The translations under genes and the position numbers were made by a program. From Lama guanicoe (taxonomy: Eukaryota), in the NCBI GenBank assembly GCA_013239625.1, contig MU053881.1, positions 4,609,957 to 4,673,956 of the forward strand: 64,000 nucleotides of DNA, in the 5' to 3' direction. This document shows positions 26,111 through 38,919 of this stretch, one piece after another. The notes beneath the pieces were generated by a model, which was not told the DNA's origin, searched no databases, and was given only the letters and a program-made list of their open reading frames with translations. Each line of letters begins with the position of its first letter. The first letter of the stretch is position 1.

Positions 26111-26974
26111 GCAGGGTCTTAATGGAGATGCTCCCTTTGTCAGCCCCCCTGTGCAGTTGCTTCTCTCCAACCATACATCTTCCAGGTCTAAATTTAATGT
26201 GAAGAAAAGGCATAGAATTTTCATGCTCCGGCACTGGAATTTCTGTGGCTGGCCTCCACAACTGTTGAGCCAATGACTCCAAACATTTGAGTGGGGCAAA
26301 GTCCATCATTGTCGGTCAGGAATATTGCAGAGCATTTATTTATTTATGCCTGCATTCATTATTTTCTCAGCAAGTGGTTAACCTTTCATTTTTCTTGGGG
26401 AAAAAAAATTGAGCTTGTCACCACCTCATTTCCCCACCTCCCTCGGGACTCCTGGATATGACAGAGTTGAGCTGGATGTTTCTGAACTTTCGAGTTAAAA
26501 ACAAATCAAACCGTCCGCCTTCCAAAACAACAAAGAACCGTTTTGTCCCAGAGGGTCCTCTCCCCTTAAATGCATTCCAGAGCGATGCCACAAATGCACA
26601 CATCAGGCCAAATGCCATCGGCTGCTGATTGAGGGCCCTGTGAAGAACGTTTTCCCCTTCCGGCCACCCCCCAACCCAGCTGTCAGGGTCCAACCCCACT
26701 TGGAGTCCTCAAGTTCCTGAAATGATATGTGCAGTGCAGATGTCACAGGGCTCACGTAAGGCATGAGCATGGCCTCATCAGCCCTTGAGTGCTCCCCTGC
26801 TCAGCTGTCACAGCTGATTGGGCCACTGACCCAACCAAGGGCTCCCTCGGACAGCCTCCAGGACAAGACTCACTTCCCCCTGCAGTCTAGGTCCTGCAGC
26901 GCCAGCGATGGCCTTGTAGCTATCTGGACTGGCAATGGTAGTAACCTCTCTGAAGTCACAGCCTTTACTGTCCT

Positions 26975-27735
26975 TTAATTATTTTTTAATTCTTTTTTTC
27001 AACTGTGATAAAATTAAACCTAAGATAAAATTTACCATCTTGACCATCCTTAAGTGTCCAGTCCAGAGTGCTAAGTGCATTCACACTGTTGTGTAATCAA
27101 TCTCCAAATTTTTTTTTTATCTTGCAAAACTGAAATTCCGTACCCATTAAACAAGAATCCCTCCCCAGCCCAAGCCCCTGGCCACCACCATTCTACTTTC
27201 TGTTTCTATGAATCTGACTGCTCTAAGTACTTCATGTAAGTGGACTCACACGGTACCCATCTGTTTGTGACTGGTCTTTCATTTGGCATCATGTCCTTAA
27301 GGTTCACCCATGTTTTAGCATGTGCCAGAATTTCCATCTTTTTAATGGAAAATAATATTCCATTTTATGTATATACCATGTTTTCTTTATGTACTCCTCC
27401 ATTAATGCACATTTCGGTTGCTTCCATATCTTGGCTATTGTGAACAGAGCTGCAAAGAACACGGGTGTGCTGACTAATATCTCTTTGTTAGTTCTTTTGG
27501 ATATACGCCAATATACCATATATGTGCTGGATCCTATGGTAATTCTATTTTTAAATTTTCGAGGAATTGCATTTTCCATAGTGGCTATACCATCATACAT
27601 TCCTCAGCAGTGCTCAAAGATTCCAAGTTCTCTACATCCTTATCAACACTTGTTGTTTTCTGGGTTTTGTTTCTGTTTATTTGTTTTTTATAGTAGCCAT
27701 CCCAAAGGATGTGAGATGATATCTCCTCGTGTTTT
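26975..27735 (-). mobile_element. L1 3' end (L1MB-like), host of a younger L1
   Basis: aaaatttaccatctt, ccattctactttctgtttctatgaat and tagccatcccaaaggatgtgagatgatatctc. It resumes at 28566 (ttgtggttttcattt). Confidence 0.88.
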
Positions 27736-28565
27736 TTTTTTCTAACCTTTTTGTAAAATTTATTTTTATTGAAGTACAGTATGTTTAAAATGTTGTGTCA
27801 CTTTCTGGTGTACAGCACAATACTTCAGTCATATAGGAACATACATGTATTCGTTTTCATATTCTTTTTAACCATAAGTTATTACAAGATATTGAATACA
27901 GTTCCCTGTGCTAGAGAGTAGAAACTTGTCATCTATTTTATACATAATAGTTAGTATCTGCAAATCTCAAACTCCCAATTTATCCCTTCCCACCCTCTTC
28001 CCCCACTAATAACCATAAGTTTGTTTTCTATGTCTGTGAGTCTGTTTCTGTTTTGTACATAAGATGGTTTTTTTTTGGTTTTAGATTCCACATGTAAGTG
28101 ATATCATCACCTCACACCAGTCAGAATGGCCATCATTCAAAAGTCCACAAACAATAAATGCTGGAGAAGCTGTGGAGAAAAGGGAACCCTCCTACACTGT
28201 TGGTGAGAATGTAGTTTGGTGCAGCCATTATGGAAATCAATATGGAGATTCTGCAAAAGACAAAAAATAGACTTACCATATGATCCAGCAATCCCACTCC
28301 TGGGCAATATATCCAGAGAAAACTCCAATTCAAAAAGATACCTGCACCCCAATGCTCACAGAAGCACTATTTACAATAGCCAAGATGTGAAAACAACTTA
28401 AATGTCCATCAAAAGATGACTGGATAAAGAAGTTGTGGCATATTTATACAATGGAATACTACTCTGCCATGAAAAAGAATGAAATAATGCCATTTGCAGC
28501 AACATGGATGGACCTGGAGATGGTCATTCTAAGTGAAGCAAGCCAGAAAGGGAAAGAAAAATACC
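27736..28565 (-). mobile_element. Younger L1 with 5' inversion (twin priming)
   Basis: 27736-28107 is a minus-strand 3' UTR with the T-tail on the left. 28108-28565 is the plus-strand ORF2 end. Degenerate TSD cctcgtgtttt / ccttgtggtttt. Confidence 0.88.
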
Positions 28566-28859
28566 TTGTGGTTTTCATTTAACTGTTATTCTTGTTGTAG
28601 TGGCCAATGCTGTAATACTCTCCTGTCTTTTTTTTTTTTTAATGTTAAAAAAGCGGGCTGATTTCATTTTGAAGACACATCATCTTCAGTGCCTAAGCAA
28701 CTTGCTACTATCCTGGAAGAGAAATCTGCTGCAGAGTCACAGGGGCCTAGACTCCAAAATGACCAGTGCCACACTCCCCTTTTCAGAAGAGGAAATGGAG
28801 GCCACCGAAGGGACACTGCTGTGATTAAGAAATCCGAGCTGGTGAATCTGGAGGGAAAA

Positions 28860-29065
28860 GCTGGCCCTGCCACTCACCAGCTGCATGGCCGTGACCGTCG
28901 GGTGTCTCTTGGCCTCTCTGAACCTTGCTGGGTCTTTTTTTTTCTTTCTCTGCAGAATGGAAATAGGAACAGTACCTATTTCACAGGGTTGCTGTGAAAG
29001 TTCAGCTAGATAACACGTGCCAAACGCAGTGCCTGGCACATAGTAGGCACTCAGTAAATGCGTCT
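28860..29065 (+). mobile_element. MIR SINE
   Basis: acagtacctatttcacagggttgctgtga...gtgcctggcacatagtaggcactcagtaaatg. Confidence 0.85.
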
Positions 29066-29639
29066 GGCTGTTGTGGAGATTGTTGTCTTATTCTTATTAA
29101 ATAACTTGTCTAAGTCCCAAGACTATAGTGAGGCGGCTTTCCTGATTCCCAGTTGACGCCCTTGCCGTGATGACTCTTGGCTCCACCTTCCTCAGTGGAT
29201 GTGCTCACTTAAAACAGTCCTGTCCCTCTCACTTGGCTGTAAATGACTGTCTTGTTTCTAAAATGTACGTTGAACCCAATCCATCAATGGTTCACCCCAA
29301 TCAGTGCCATGCAGGAGGACCGGGGACAGCGGTGGGAAGCCCCTGCTGGTCGTCACTGCAAATTCTGAATGGTCCAAGGCAGCAGAAGGCAAGGGCCAAA
29401 TGACAGAGGGGGTGCAGGAGGTGCTCAGAGCGTGGGGTCTTCAAGACCTGGTGTCCTCAGGGAAGTTCACATGATCTGCTCTGACGCTACTCCTAAGTCA
29501 TCGGGGAGCTGCTTTACCTTGGCATCAATTCCATCACGCACGTGGATTTCCTACTGATCAGCTAGAACAAGAATATCTCCCTTAAAACTGGACTTCTATG
29601 AGGAAAGGTCAATACCACCCCATTAAAGATCCAGTCCAG

Positions 29640-29780
29640 TGTATTATGCATTATATGAAAATATATAATAAATATATATCTATTATAGAATTATGTAAAA
29701 TGTATTTTATAATCTATTATACATTGTATTAAAATACATTATATATAAGTAAAAATATATTAATCTATATAAATAAATAA
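29640..29780. repeat. AT-rich low-complexity tract
   Basis: Near-pure A/T with TA repeats, seen directly. Confidence 0.85.
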
Positions 29781-29869
29781 ACCAAGTCTTTACTGCTTGA
29801 TCCACTGTAAATCAGGTCTGCTACCACTTGCAGCCAAAAGCATCCCTAACTGACACAACGCATCATTCT

Positions 29870-30010
29870 TCTCAAGACCCTTCATGAGAGCTGTTCTTGT
29901 TCCTATGAAATAGTTAAGAAAACTGATACCCAGAGAATTGAACTGATGTGTCCCTTGGTCACACAGCTAATGGGGCTGAAATCAGAACCCAGGGCTTCTC
30001 TGAATCACCC
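29870..30010 (-). mobile_element. MIR SINE
   Basis: gaaaactgatacccagaga...ggtcacacagctaatggggctg. Confidence 0.6.
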
Positions 30011-30329
30011 AAGTACAAGACACTACAGTGAATCTAAGCTCCGTTTCTCCCCACTGAGTCTTTACCACATGTTGTCACCTAACAGAACTGTTTTTAGTCT
30101 CCAAATGCCATGAGGCACTGCATCGCCAGCTGCTGCCTCCTTGCTCAGTGCCACTGACATGACATGTCAGCCCAGTGGCCTTTGCCGTTGTCACGCGAGA
30201 CCAGAGGCCCCACGGGCATTCTGCATCCTTGCCTCGACAGTGTGTACTGTTCTCTCCCTTCCTTGGACATTCTTTTCTACGAGCGCCCCTGGAACTCCAC
30301 TATGTCACCACATACACACATTCCTGCAA

Positions 30330-30590
30330 CATTTAAAATGGTGATTATGAAGGTTATGTAACGACTTTAAACCATTATATGCTAAGTGGAAAAGCAGGAT
30401 ACAAATTGCATGCACGGAGGTATGAAAAAAGTTCACATGCATATAAAAAATGAAAGAAAAAACACAAGACTGATTGCTACGATTGTGGTAGTGCGGTACA
30501 ATTGTGGGCGATTTTTTTCCTCTTCTTTTCTGATTTTTCCAAATTTTCTGTTATGTACTTATAACGAAAAAAATAGATTAAAATGTTTTC
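30330..30590 (+). mobile_element. Ancient L1 (L1ME-like) 3' UTR
   Basis: tgctaagtggaaaagcaggatacaaattg; tttttccaaattttctg. Confidence 0.6.
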
Positions 30591-30627
30591 TAAAATATGT
30601 CATTGTTTATCTGGCCCCTCTCCTACG

Positions 30628-30890
30628 AGGCAGCAGAGCAGAGTGTGCTAGTGAAAACTATGAGCTCTGAAGCTTCACTGCCTGGGTTCGATCCTCAGCC
30701 CTACCCTTGAATTGCTGCACGACGCTTAGCAAGTTCCTTAACTCTTCTGTGTCTCAGTTTCCTCATCTGTAAAATGGGGCTAATAAGAGCACCTGTCTCA
30801 CAGGGTGGTTTTGAGGATTAAGTAAGTTAATATTTATAAAGCACTTGGAATGGCACCCAGGATACACAGGAAGTGCTATGTAAGTGTGTG
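30628..30890 (+). mobile_element. Near full-length MIR SINE
   Basis: ctgcctgggttcgatcct...tctcagtttcctcatctgtaaaatgggg...gaggattaag. Confidence 0.9.
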
Positions 30891-32029
30891 TTAAGTACAA
30901 GCTATTCATTTCACTGTGTCTTCTCCACCAGGGAGCACTGTGAAAGGACCGTGGTGCAGAAGCAGGTCACATTTCATGTTGTTCAGAGGGACCCAACTGG
31001 TACAAGTTGCACAGAGATGGATTTGTGCGCAAAATTATAAAGATATTTTTAAATCCAGCATTGTCTCTGAATAAGCAGGCTGGAGGTGAACCCCTTAGCA
31101 GTTCAGTACTGAATGGCTGTCTGTCCTAAACACCCTCTGGTGCTTTATAGCTAGGGAGGGACCCATGCACAAGGCCGCTGCAGAATTAAGTGAGAGGAAG
31201 ATAAGCAAACCTTCCCCCGGTGCAGAAAGGCCTGGAACAAGTCTCCCTCTTCTCAAACAGGATGAAGTCCTCTAGTGGCCAGGAGGTGACACTACAGCTC
31301 CTTACCTGAAGTCCCAGCATGGGATGCCCGGTGGTTGCTGGCGACCTTGACCTGGGTTTGGTTTTGTCAGTCATATCAAGCGAGAAGGCAGGGCCCCTTC
31401 TCTCGCACTGCGGAGGCTGGAAGAGCCAAAACACATTTCTTAAGATCCAATATCTGTGTGTTTGTGGGACAAGCCCACTTTATGCAGTGATGTCTAAAGA
31501 GAAGGCCCCTTCCCTGGGCACGTTTCTTGGTGTGTGCTGTTTGTGTGCACACGACATCGGCTGAGAAGCAGGGGGCTTCTGAAAAGGACGGCTTAGAATG
31601 TGGTAGAGATGAGCTGGACGTTTAACTAGATCCTGTCATTTCAAATTTTCCTTCACTTTATCGATGGGGGAAATCCCAACATTTAGAATAATGCCTAGAA
31701 CATAGTAGGTACAATCATAAGTATTTTATGAAGATTGGGTGTCACTTTTAATCTTTGGTATTATGTTAAGCGTGGACCTCATCATGTCACAACCAAATGA
31801 ATGTCAAAATAAAGGAGGAATCTGAAATGGGGGGAAAGAAGCAGACCTCATTAAAACATGCATCTGGTGATACATTAACTGACTTTGGTAAAAATGCTCA
31901 TGAAAACAGGATGCTACAATAGGAATAATCTCCCCTTACTTTTATATTTTAAATATTATCTTACTGCTGGGAGAAAGAAAAATAAACAGGTAGAAAGAAG
32001 AAATAGACCAATAAGAAGATAGTCTAGTG

Positions 32030-32237
32030 TAGATTTCAGCAAACTTGCAATAAAGGGTGAGATGGTAAATCTTTTAGGCTTTTTCTGTCAGGCAATCTCT
32101 GTCATCACTACTCAACTCTGCCATCTGTAGCGTGAAAACAGCCACAGACAATACACAAGTGAAAGGGCCTGGCTGGATTCCAATAAAACTTTATTTATAA
32201 AACCACCAGTGGGCTGCATCTGGTCTGCCAACCCTTC
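32030..32237. mobile_element. MER58A-like hAT-Charlie MITE
   Basis: tcagcaaact...ctactcaactctgcca...ccaataaaactttattta...gccaaccct, flanked by gtctagtg and atctaaag (NTCTAGAN-like hAT target). Confidence 0.8.
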
Positions 32238-32334
32238 ATCTAAAGCAAGGGTGACGACACTCTCATTCTTCACATAGGACAGAAATGGCTCACTGGTCCT
32301 GGTGTCAATTTACTGCCTGAGTCCAAAATCCAGT

Positions 32335-32525
32335 TCCAGGGCCTTAGTAAGCATACAACTTCAGAAAATTTGCTTAACCTCTCCACGTTTCAGTTTTCTC
32401 ATCTTTAAAATGGAAACAGTAACACTATGTGCCTTGAGGGATTGCTGTGAAAATCAAGTAAGACCATGTTGGCAAGTGCTGAGCCCAGAGACTGGTACTT
32501 GATGAGCCGCTATAAATGTGAGCTG
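32335..32525 (+). mobile_element. MIR SINE
   Basis: cttaacctctc...cagttttctcatctttaaaatgg. Confidence 0.75.
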
Positions 32526-32949
32526 CCTTTATAGCATCTTCATTGTCACCAACATCATGTGCTTCAATTGACCGACAGAGTCATGAGCATTAAATGAGAT
32601 CATAGACATGAAAAGGTTTTGATATCACCCCACCCTCCATCCCAGGCAAACAGAAAGCATTCTTAACTGAGGTGCTCAAATGCATAGCAATATCCCATTC
32701 ACTCACTCCCCATCGCTGAAATGCCACGGGCAGCTGGATAGATTCTTCTTGTGTTAGTGGAGCAGTTAGGGAAACTGAGGCTCTGGAAAACTCAAGAGAA
32801 TCATTAAAGGTGGCAACTTATTGACTTGGGATGGGGCCCCAACAAGAGCCAGGTTTTCCACATTCCCTGCCCTATTTTTTAGCCTCCTATCAGCAACTTC
32901 GGGTTCCATGACCCTACTGGGGCCTGTTTGCTAAGAGATTTGCTCAGGA

Positions 32950-33300
32950 AACAGATCCTGAACATTCTTCCAGATCTACCCTCCCATCCTCCGTCCTGTC
33001 ACCTCCACCTACTGATTTCTGGTCTTCATTATCTGCACCTAGTCCATTGCAACCACCCCTTAACTGGTCCCTTTGATCAGGATGGATTTCTTTCTGTTAC
33101 ATCATCCATCATCCACGCACATCCCGGGTGACCTTTAGAAAGCATAGATCTGACTCTCAAGCTAAAGGTCTGTGTTGTAAAAAATGCACATGGGGCCTTT
33201 CACAATCTGGCCCATCAGGTCACCAGTCCCAGCTCTTGTTCCTCCCACCCCCCATTCTTCCCCAAGGACCTTTGACTTCAGTTCCAGGGACATGCTCACC
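32950..33300 (+). mobile_element. L2 fragment
   Basis: cattgcaaccaccccttaactggtcc; ctttagaaagcatagatctgac. Confidence 0.5.
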
Positions 33301-33899
33301 CTTTGCTCAGCTCCACGGCAGGGGTCAACAGTGCCACCGGTGATCCAGAGAAGGGACCCACAGAGCTCCACATGCTCATAGCAAGGCAGCCCCTCTGCCA
33401 TCACCACACGCACACACCAGCACTCTTCACCTCAGCACCGCAGCAGGCTAGGAAATCTGCAAGACCAGCTCCACCATGCCTCAGCCACTCCCCGGAGCCC
33501 AGGACCCCCAGCCATCCCCCATCACCTGGCCTCTCATCCCCAAAGAGCTTTGTACACTCTGCCATGACCCAGCTTACGACCCCTCCCCAGTCTCTCAGCC
33601 ATGGGTCCTGTGGCTTTCACTGTCCACTTTCAGCAAAATTCTCTACTTTCAACCCTTCACCTTGCCTTTAACCAAAATCCAGTTCTCTCCCCAAAATTCC
33701 GCTACGTCTGCTGTCTGCTCAAAGGTGGCTTTCTCTTTCCCAAACTCCATGCGTCCCTGGTCCAGAGACGGAGGAGACAACCTCCTTGTCATGTTCAGGC
33801 CTCTATCTCTCCCACTTCCTAAAAAAGGTTCATCAATCTAGAAGCTCATGCCACCAGATGAGACCACCAGCTCCTCCCTGCCCCTACCCTGCGGTGTTT

Positions 33900-34075
33900 T
33901 CCATTTATTAATTCATTTAAACCTCTCAAATCCCATGAGGTATGTATGATGATCATCCCCATTTTACAGATGAGGAAACTGAGGCACAGACTAAGTAGTC
34001 TGCCCAAGATCACACAGAAAAGATTCAAACTCAGCTGGCTGACACTAGAGTCTGGTCTCTTAACCACTCCTCCCA
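33900..34075 (-). mobile_element. MIR SINE within L2
   Basis: ccccattttacagatgaggaaactgaggcacaga (canonical core). Confidence 0.9.
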
Positions 34076-34315
34076 TTCACCCCCAGAGATGGCAGCATCC
34101 TCCACTCACCCCCATATTCCTCGAAGATTTTAGCACCGGCCTCACTGCCTCTCTCTCCAAAAACAACTCCTGTCATAACACTTGGTGATTTCGGTTCCAT
34201 GAAGACAATTCTCCCCACACCCTCCCCGCTTAGTTCCTCGGGCTCCTTGCCTCCCATTATCCTGTTCTTCATCCTATAATCTTAGATGTTTAGACCTTGT
34301 CATTGGCAATACTTG

Positions 34316-34712
34316 AACATTGTGGACTGAATGCTCAAAATTCATATGCTTAAGTCCTAACTCCCAATATGATGGCATATGGAGATGGGGCCTCAGGGAG
34401 GTAATTAGGGTTAGACGAGGTCATGAGGGTGAGGCTCCCGTGATGGAGTTAGTGCCCTTATAAGAAGAGACACCAGAGTATTGCCCTCTCTTCTCTCTGT
34501 CTCCTTGCACGATAAAGAAGACGTCATGTGAGCACATGGCAAGATGGAGGTGTCCTATAAGCCAAGAGGAGAGGCCTCAGGATGAAACCCACCTCACCAG
34601 CACTTTGATCTTGGACTTCCCAGCCTCCAGAACAATGAGAAATAAATTTCTGCTGTTAAGCCACCCAGGCTGTGGAATTTTGTTATGACAGGCTTATTAA
34701 CAGACTAATACA
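34316..34712 (+). mobile_element. MaLR solo LTR (MLT1A-like)
   Basis: tggactgaatg...caaaattcatatg; ttggacttcccagcctccagaac...aataaatttctg. Ends gactaataca. Confidence 0.88.
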
Positions 34713-35634
34713 CTCCACTCTCTCCATAATCCGCATTTCAACCCCCCACCCCCACCCAAGGAACACTCTCTCTTGTCTTTCCAGTTCATACCCTCTATGA
34801 ATCCAACTCTAATCATCTTAAAAACCCATCAGGACTTGTATCAGTGACCCAGCCACCAAGAGAACCTGCCCACCTTGGCTGGTTAGACTCCAGGGTCGTT
34901 CCTTCCTTCTATACACCCTCAGTCCCCAGTACCCAGAGTTCCTTCTCCTCGCCCAGCAAAAACCCAACCCTAACGAAACCCAACCTCCCGCCTACCTGTG
35001 CCTGCTCCTAGCAGCTGAATGTGGCTGGAGAAGCACACCCAGCTGTGCTGCTGGACCTCACTCCAGCAATCACAACCTCAAACATCCTCTGGCCCTGCCC
35101 AGCAATCCCACATTTCCTGACTCAGGTTCTGCCTCCCTCACCTGGGGACCATCCTCTGGACCTTCTCCTCAAACATCCAACACTTCCTCCCCCTTGCTCA
35201 CTGTCAGTGGATAACCCTGCTCTCATTCCTCCATAAGAAAACAGGAGTAGTTAGAAGAGGACTTCGACAGTAACCCCTGCTGGATCCACTCACCTCCCTG
35301 CATCTGCCCCATCTCCCTGCCTTCCTCTTGTCACTAAGTGGGCTCTTTGCAAAGGCCAGCCCGTCCCCAAGCCCTGGGTGCCATCACCTCTCACCTCCTC
35401 TGCAGCATTATTCCAGCAATGAACCCCCCTGGCTCCTGCATGATAGGTTTTCCTCTCTCTGCTGCATCTTCCCCTTCTTCTTACAAACATGCTGATCTCT
35501 CCTCTCTCTAAAATACACTGTTTAACTACTTTGACCCCCACACCCCCTCCAGCTACCTCCACATTCCTTTGGAAAGTAGCTTTTCCAAAATGTTAGCTAA
35601 ACTCAAAACTCTCTACTTTCTCTCCTCTCATGTT

Positions 35635-35815
35635 GTTTTTTTAAAAATTTCTTTTTGGGGGTAATTGGGTTTATTTATTTATTTTTTTTATTTATTTATT
35701 TACTTACTTACTTACTTACTTACTTATTTATTTTTAACGGAGGTCTGGGGATTGAACCCGGGATCTTGTGCATGCTAAGCACGCACCCTACCCCTGAGCT
35801 ATAGAACCTCCCCCC
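35635..35815 (-). mobile_element. Camelid tRNA-derived SINE (Vic-1-like) with (TTAC/TTTA)n tail
   Basis: ggggattgaacccgggatcttgtgcatgctaagcacgcacctacccctgagctata. Confidence 0.85.
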
Positions 35816-36507
35816 TCATTCTCTCTTAAATCCACTCCAGTCAAGCTCTCAGCCTCACTAGCCCCGTGGAAATGACTCCTTCCAAGCCCACCAAAGACCC
35901 CCCATGGTGCTCAATCCAGTAATCAATGCCCAGGGCTCCTTGCCTTCCCCTCCAGCAGCACTGACACAGGTGACATGCCTTCCCCTTAAAAATACAGTGT
36001 AATCCAAAAAGAACCAAACACTTTCAAAAATGTATTGCTCAGTAAATGCATTATATGAACGAGCAGTCAAAATCCATTCTTCAAGGAGCTACCACCTTTA
36101 TTTCTACCATCTTATAAATGCTCGGTGTGCGCCCCTCGTCACCCACAACCCACATCGGTCTTGAAAGGTTTGCATCACCTCCTAACACAGGTCATCCCTC
36201 TGCTCCTACCACTCTCTGTCCCCCCATCACTTCACCTTATTTTTCTTCCCTTTTTTTTTCTGACTTTGTATCTTGAACTTTGCTAAACTGCCTTATCAAA
36301 TCTCTTAGCTTTTTTTCTAGGTTCGTAGGGATTGTCTACAGAAGTAACTATGTCGTCAGGCGTAAAAATAGGTTTGTTTCTGCTTTTTCTTCATAGTGCT
36401 TTCACTCTCCTCCATCAACCATTCTAGATTGCTTGCTTGTTCACCATCTGCCTCCTTTACCAGAGGATGAGATCCATGAGGGCAGGGGCTTTGTTTCGCT
36501 CGCTGCA

Positions 36508-36871
36508 TGTGATGGACGGTTTGTGCCTCCCCACCCCCACCCTGACTTCATATACTGAAGCCCTAACTCCCAAAGTGATGGTAACTGGAGATGAAGCCTT
36601 TGGTAATTGGCTTAGATGAGGTCATGAGGGTGGTCCTCGTGGTGGGATTAGCGTCCTTACAAGAAGAGACCAGACAGCTTGCTCTTTCTCTCGCCCCACA
36701 ACGTGAAGACACAGCACGAAGGAAGCCACCTGCAAGGAGCCCTCACCAGGAAAAAAAAAAATGGGCCAGCACCTCAATCTTGGACTTCCCAGCCTCCAGA
36801 GCTGTGAGAAATAAGTGTTTCTTGTTTAAATCAGAAGTATCTTGTCACAGCAGCCCAAGCAGACTAAGACT
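36508..36871 (+). mobile_element. MaLR solo LTR (MLT1A-like)
   Basis: tgtgatggac start; ttagatgaggtcatgagggt; tggacttcccagcctccaga; agactaagac end. Confidence 0.88.
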
Positions 36872-37289
36872 GACTGGGTTCTCTCCACTACCTAGAACAT
36901 GCTTGGTGGGCAAGGAGTCCCCATAAATACCGCCAGTTAAAGCCTTCCCACGGTCCTCCGGGCAGAGCAGGTATCCCAGGACGCAATTTGCTTCTTGTAC
37001 TGAAATAATGGGTGGCAGGCAGCCTGGGGCTACGATCAAGTTCTGCAGTTCTGTGCGCACGTGACCGTCCTCCATCCTAGTGCTGAGTGTCATCTTGTCA
37101 GGACATGACACACCTGTCTCCTCTACAAGACTAGGATCCCTTCCTGGGACGAGAGGGAACTCCCGGGTAATGCCTCCTGAGGGCTTTTGGGTTGCCTGCT
37201 TTGTCCCAGAGGACTGATTGTATCAGTGAGTATTTCCAGTAACAGAGCAGACCAGGGAAGAACAACATTTTGGCTGGGTGGGCATAACA

Positions 37290-37790
37290 GTGCAGGTTAT
37301 TTTAGTTTCAAGTAACAGAAAACCCTACTCAGGCTCAACCTTTACAGGGAACTAAAGATTCTGAAGGCAGAGCAGGTTTCAGGTACAGTCTGATCAAGTG
37401 TCTGAACAATGTCTCTCAGCATCCATTTCCTTCCATCTCTCTGTGGACCTTCCTCAACGTCAACTTCCCCCTAAGGCTGACTCCTCTTGTGATCATGGGT
37501 CACAGGAGAGCTAACAGGGTTCACTGCCCTCATTCATATCTCAGCAGAATAGACTTTCTCTTCTCCACAACCTTCAAAGAACTCCTGGGCTTCCTCTTGT
37601 TGGAGCAACTCACACCACATTCCCACTCCTGAACCAATTCCCTGGAGCAAGAATGAAGCTAACTGCCTTCAACCAATAAAGGTCCACCTCTGGGTCTGGG
37701 TCTGAGGCCATGCAAACCACATGCTGGGCAATCTGGGGTCCATTTAGGAAGGAAGAAGGAACATGGATGCTGGAGAGGTGACCAGCAATT
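37290..37790 (-). mobile_element. Old MaLR LTR (MLT1K/L-like)
   Basis: ttcaagtaacagaaaaccctactca; cccactcctgaaccaatt. Confidence 0.55.
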
Positions 37791-38759
37791 CCCAGCACAG
37801 TGGGTCTTTCAGAACTTCGAACCCTCCCAGGTGACTGCTGCCTCTGTCTCCACACAGGATTAGTTCTGGGTGCCCGCAGACAAGTTATGGCTTTTATGAG
37901 ATATGAGCGAACCTAACCAAGGCTTTGGAATGTCTATTTTAGAAATTAGTGGTAAGCCGGCCAAGCATACAATTAAGTATTGAATTTTTCTGTAAACACA
38001 CAAACACAGATACACACAGAACAGAGCATGGCAATAAGCCCTCCGTGCAGATCCCTTTCCCACCAGCCTGTCTTGTGCCGAAAGACCTCTGGTTAGAGAA
38101 TGTGCCAAATGATGGAGTTGAAATGTTCCTTCATAATTGAAGTGGATTCTCGGCGGCAGCTCTGCCCTCTGCACAGTGTGGAATGCCTTTATGTAAGTGC
38201 ACATCTATGTATGTCCACCCACAGCGTCAATCTTGAGGGTTCTTGCCCTCCTTACTCTCATTCTCGCTCTCTCTCCCTCTCTCCAAGACTAACAGGAACT
38301 AAATGCTGGGGAAATCCTGACTCTGTTAGAAGTGTTCCAGGCCCATACACAAGCTTCCCATCTCCAAATGATTTAAGGATCCAGAAAAGCTTTCCTGTCT
38401 CCTACCACCTCCCGTAAGTCCATCTGGAGTCTAAAATTCCCACATTGGTCAAATCTTTGGATTTGGGGTCTTGAAAATGCAAGAAAATGATCTCTTGGGT
38501 AAGTAATTAGAGCCACTTATGCCCAAAGGGGTTAGAGACCTTGGTGGGGGGCGCGGTGGGGGGTGGGGTGAAGCCTTAGGCGTGCACATTTTAATAGGAA
38601 GGAAAGAGGGCTTTACACAGAGACCAGACTTAGGGACACCCTAGGATCCCAGGAAGCAGGTAGAGTGAAGAATCTGAATTTGAGATGGAAGGACACCAGC
38701 ATCCACCATTTCCTACATCCCAACCGGGAGGCACTTGGCCGCTTTCATCGAAACAATGG

Positions 38760-38905
38760 AAGGCAGCATGGGTCTGGGATTAAGCTCTGGAGTCTGACGT
38801 CCTGGGTCCAGACTCCAGCTCTGTCTCCAACTGTGTGACCTTGGGCAAGTCTCTTCACCTCTTAATTCTTGGTTTCTTCACTTGCAAAAGATGGTAATGA
38901 TAAGA
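38760..38905 (+). mobile_element. MIR SINE 5' part (3' part resumes near 40080-40135)
   Basis: ctgtgtgaccttgggcaagtc...ggtttcttcacttgcaaaa. Confidence 0.8.
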
Positions 38906-38919
38906 CTATGTAGGCTGCT

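Larger units (their letters stand above)
33600..36930 (+). mobile_element. Long fragmented L2 (endonuclease, RT and 3' tail remnants) with nested insertions
   Basis: cttggtgatttc (LGDF, APE-like) near 34181. tccagcagcactgacacaggtgac (SAAFDTVDH-like) near 35951. 3' tail at 36420-36500 and 36875-36930. Pyrimidine-rich L2 composition. Confidence 0.7.
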
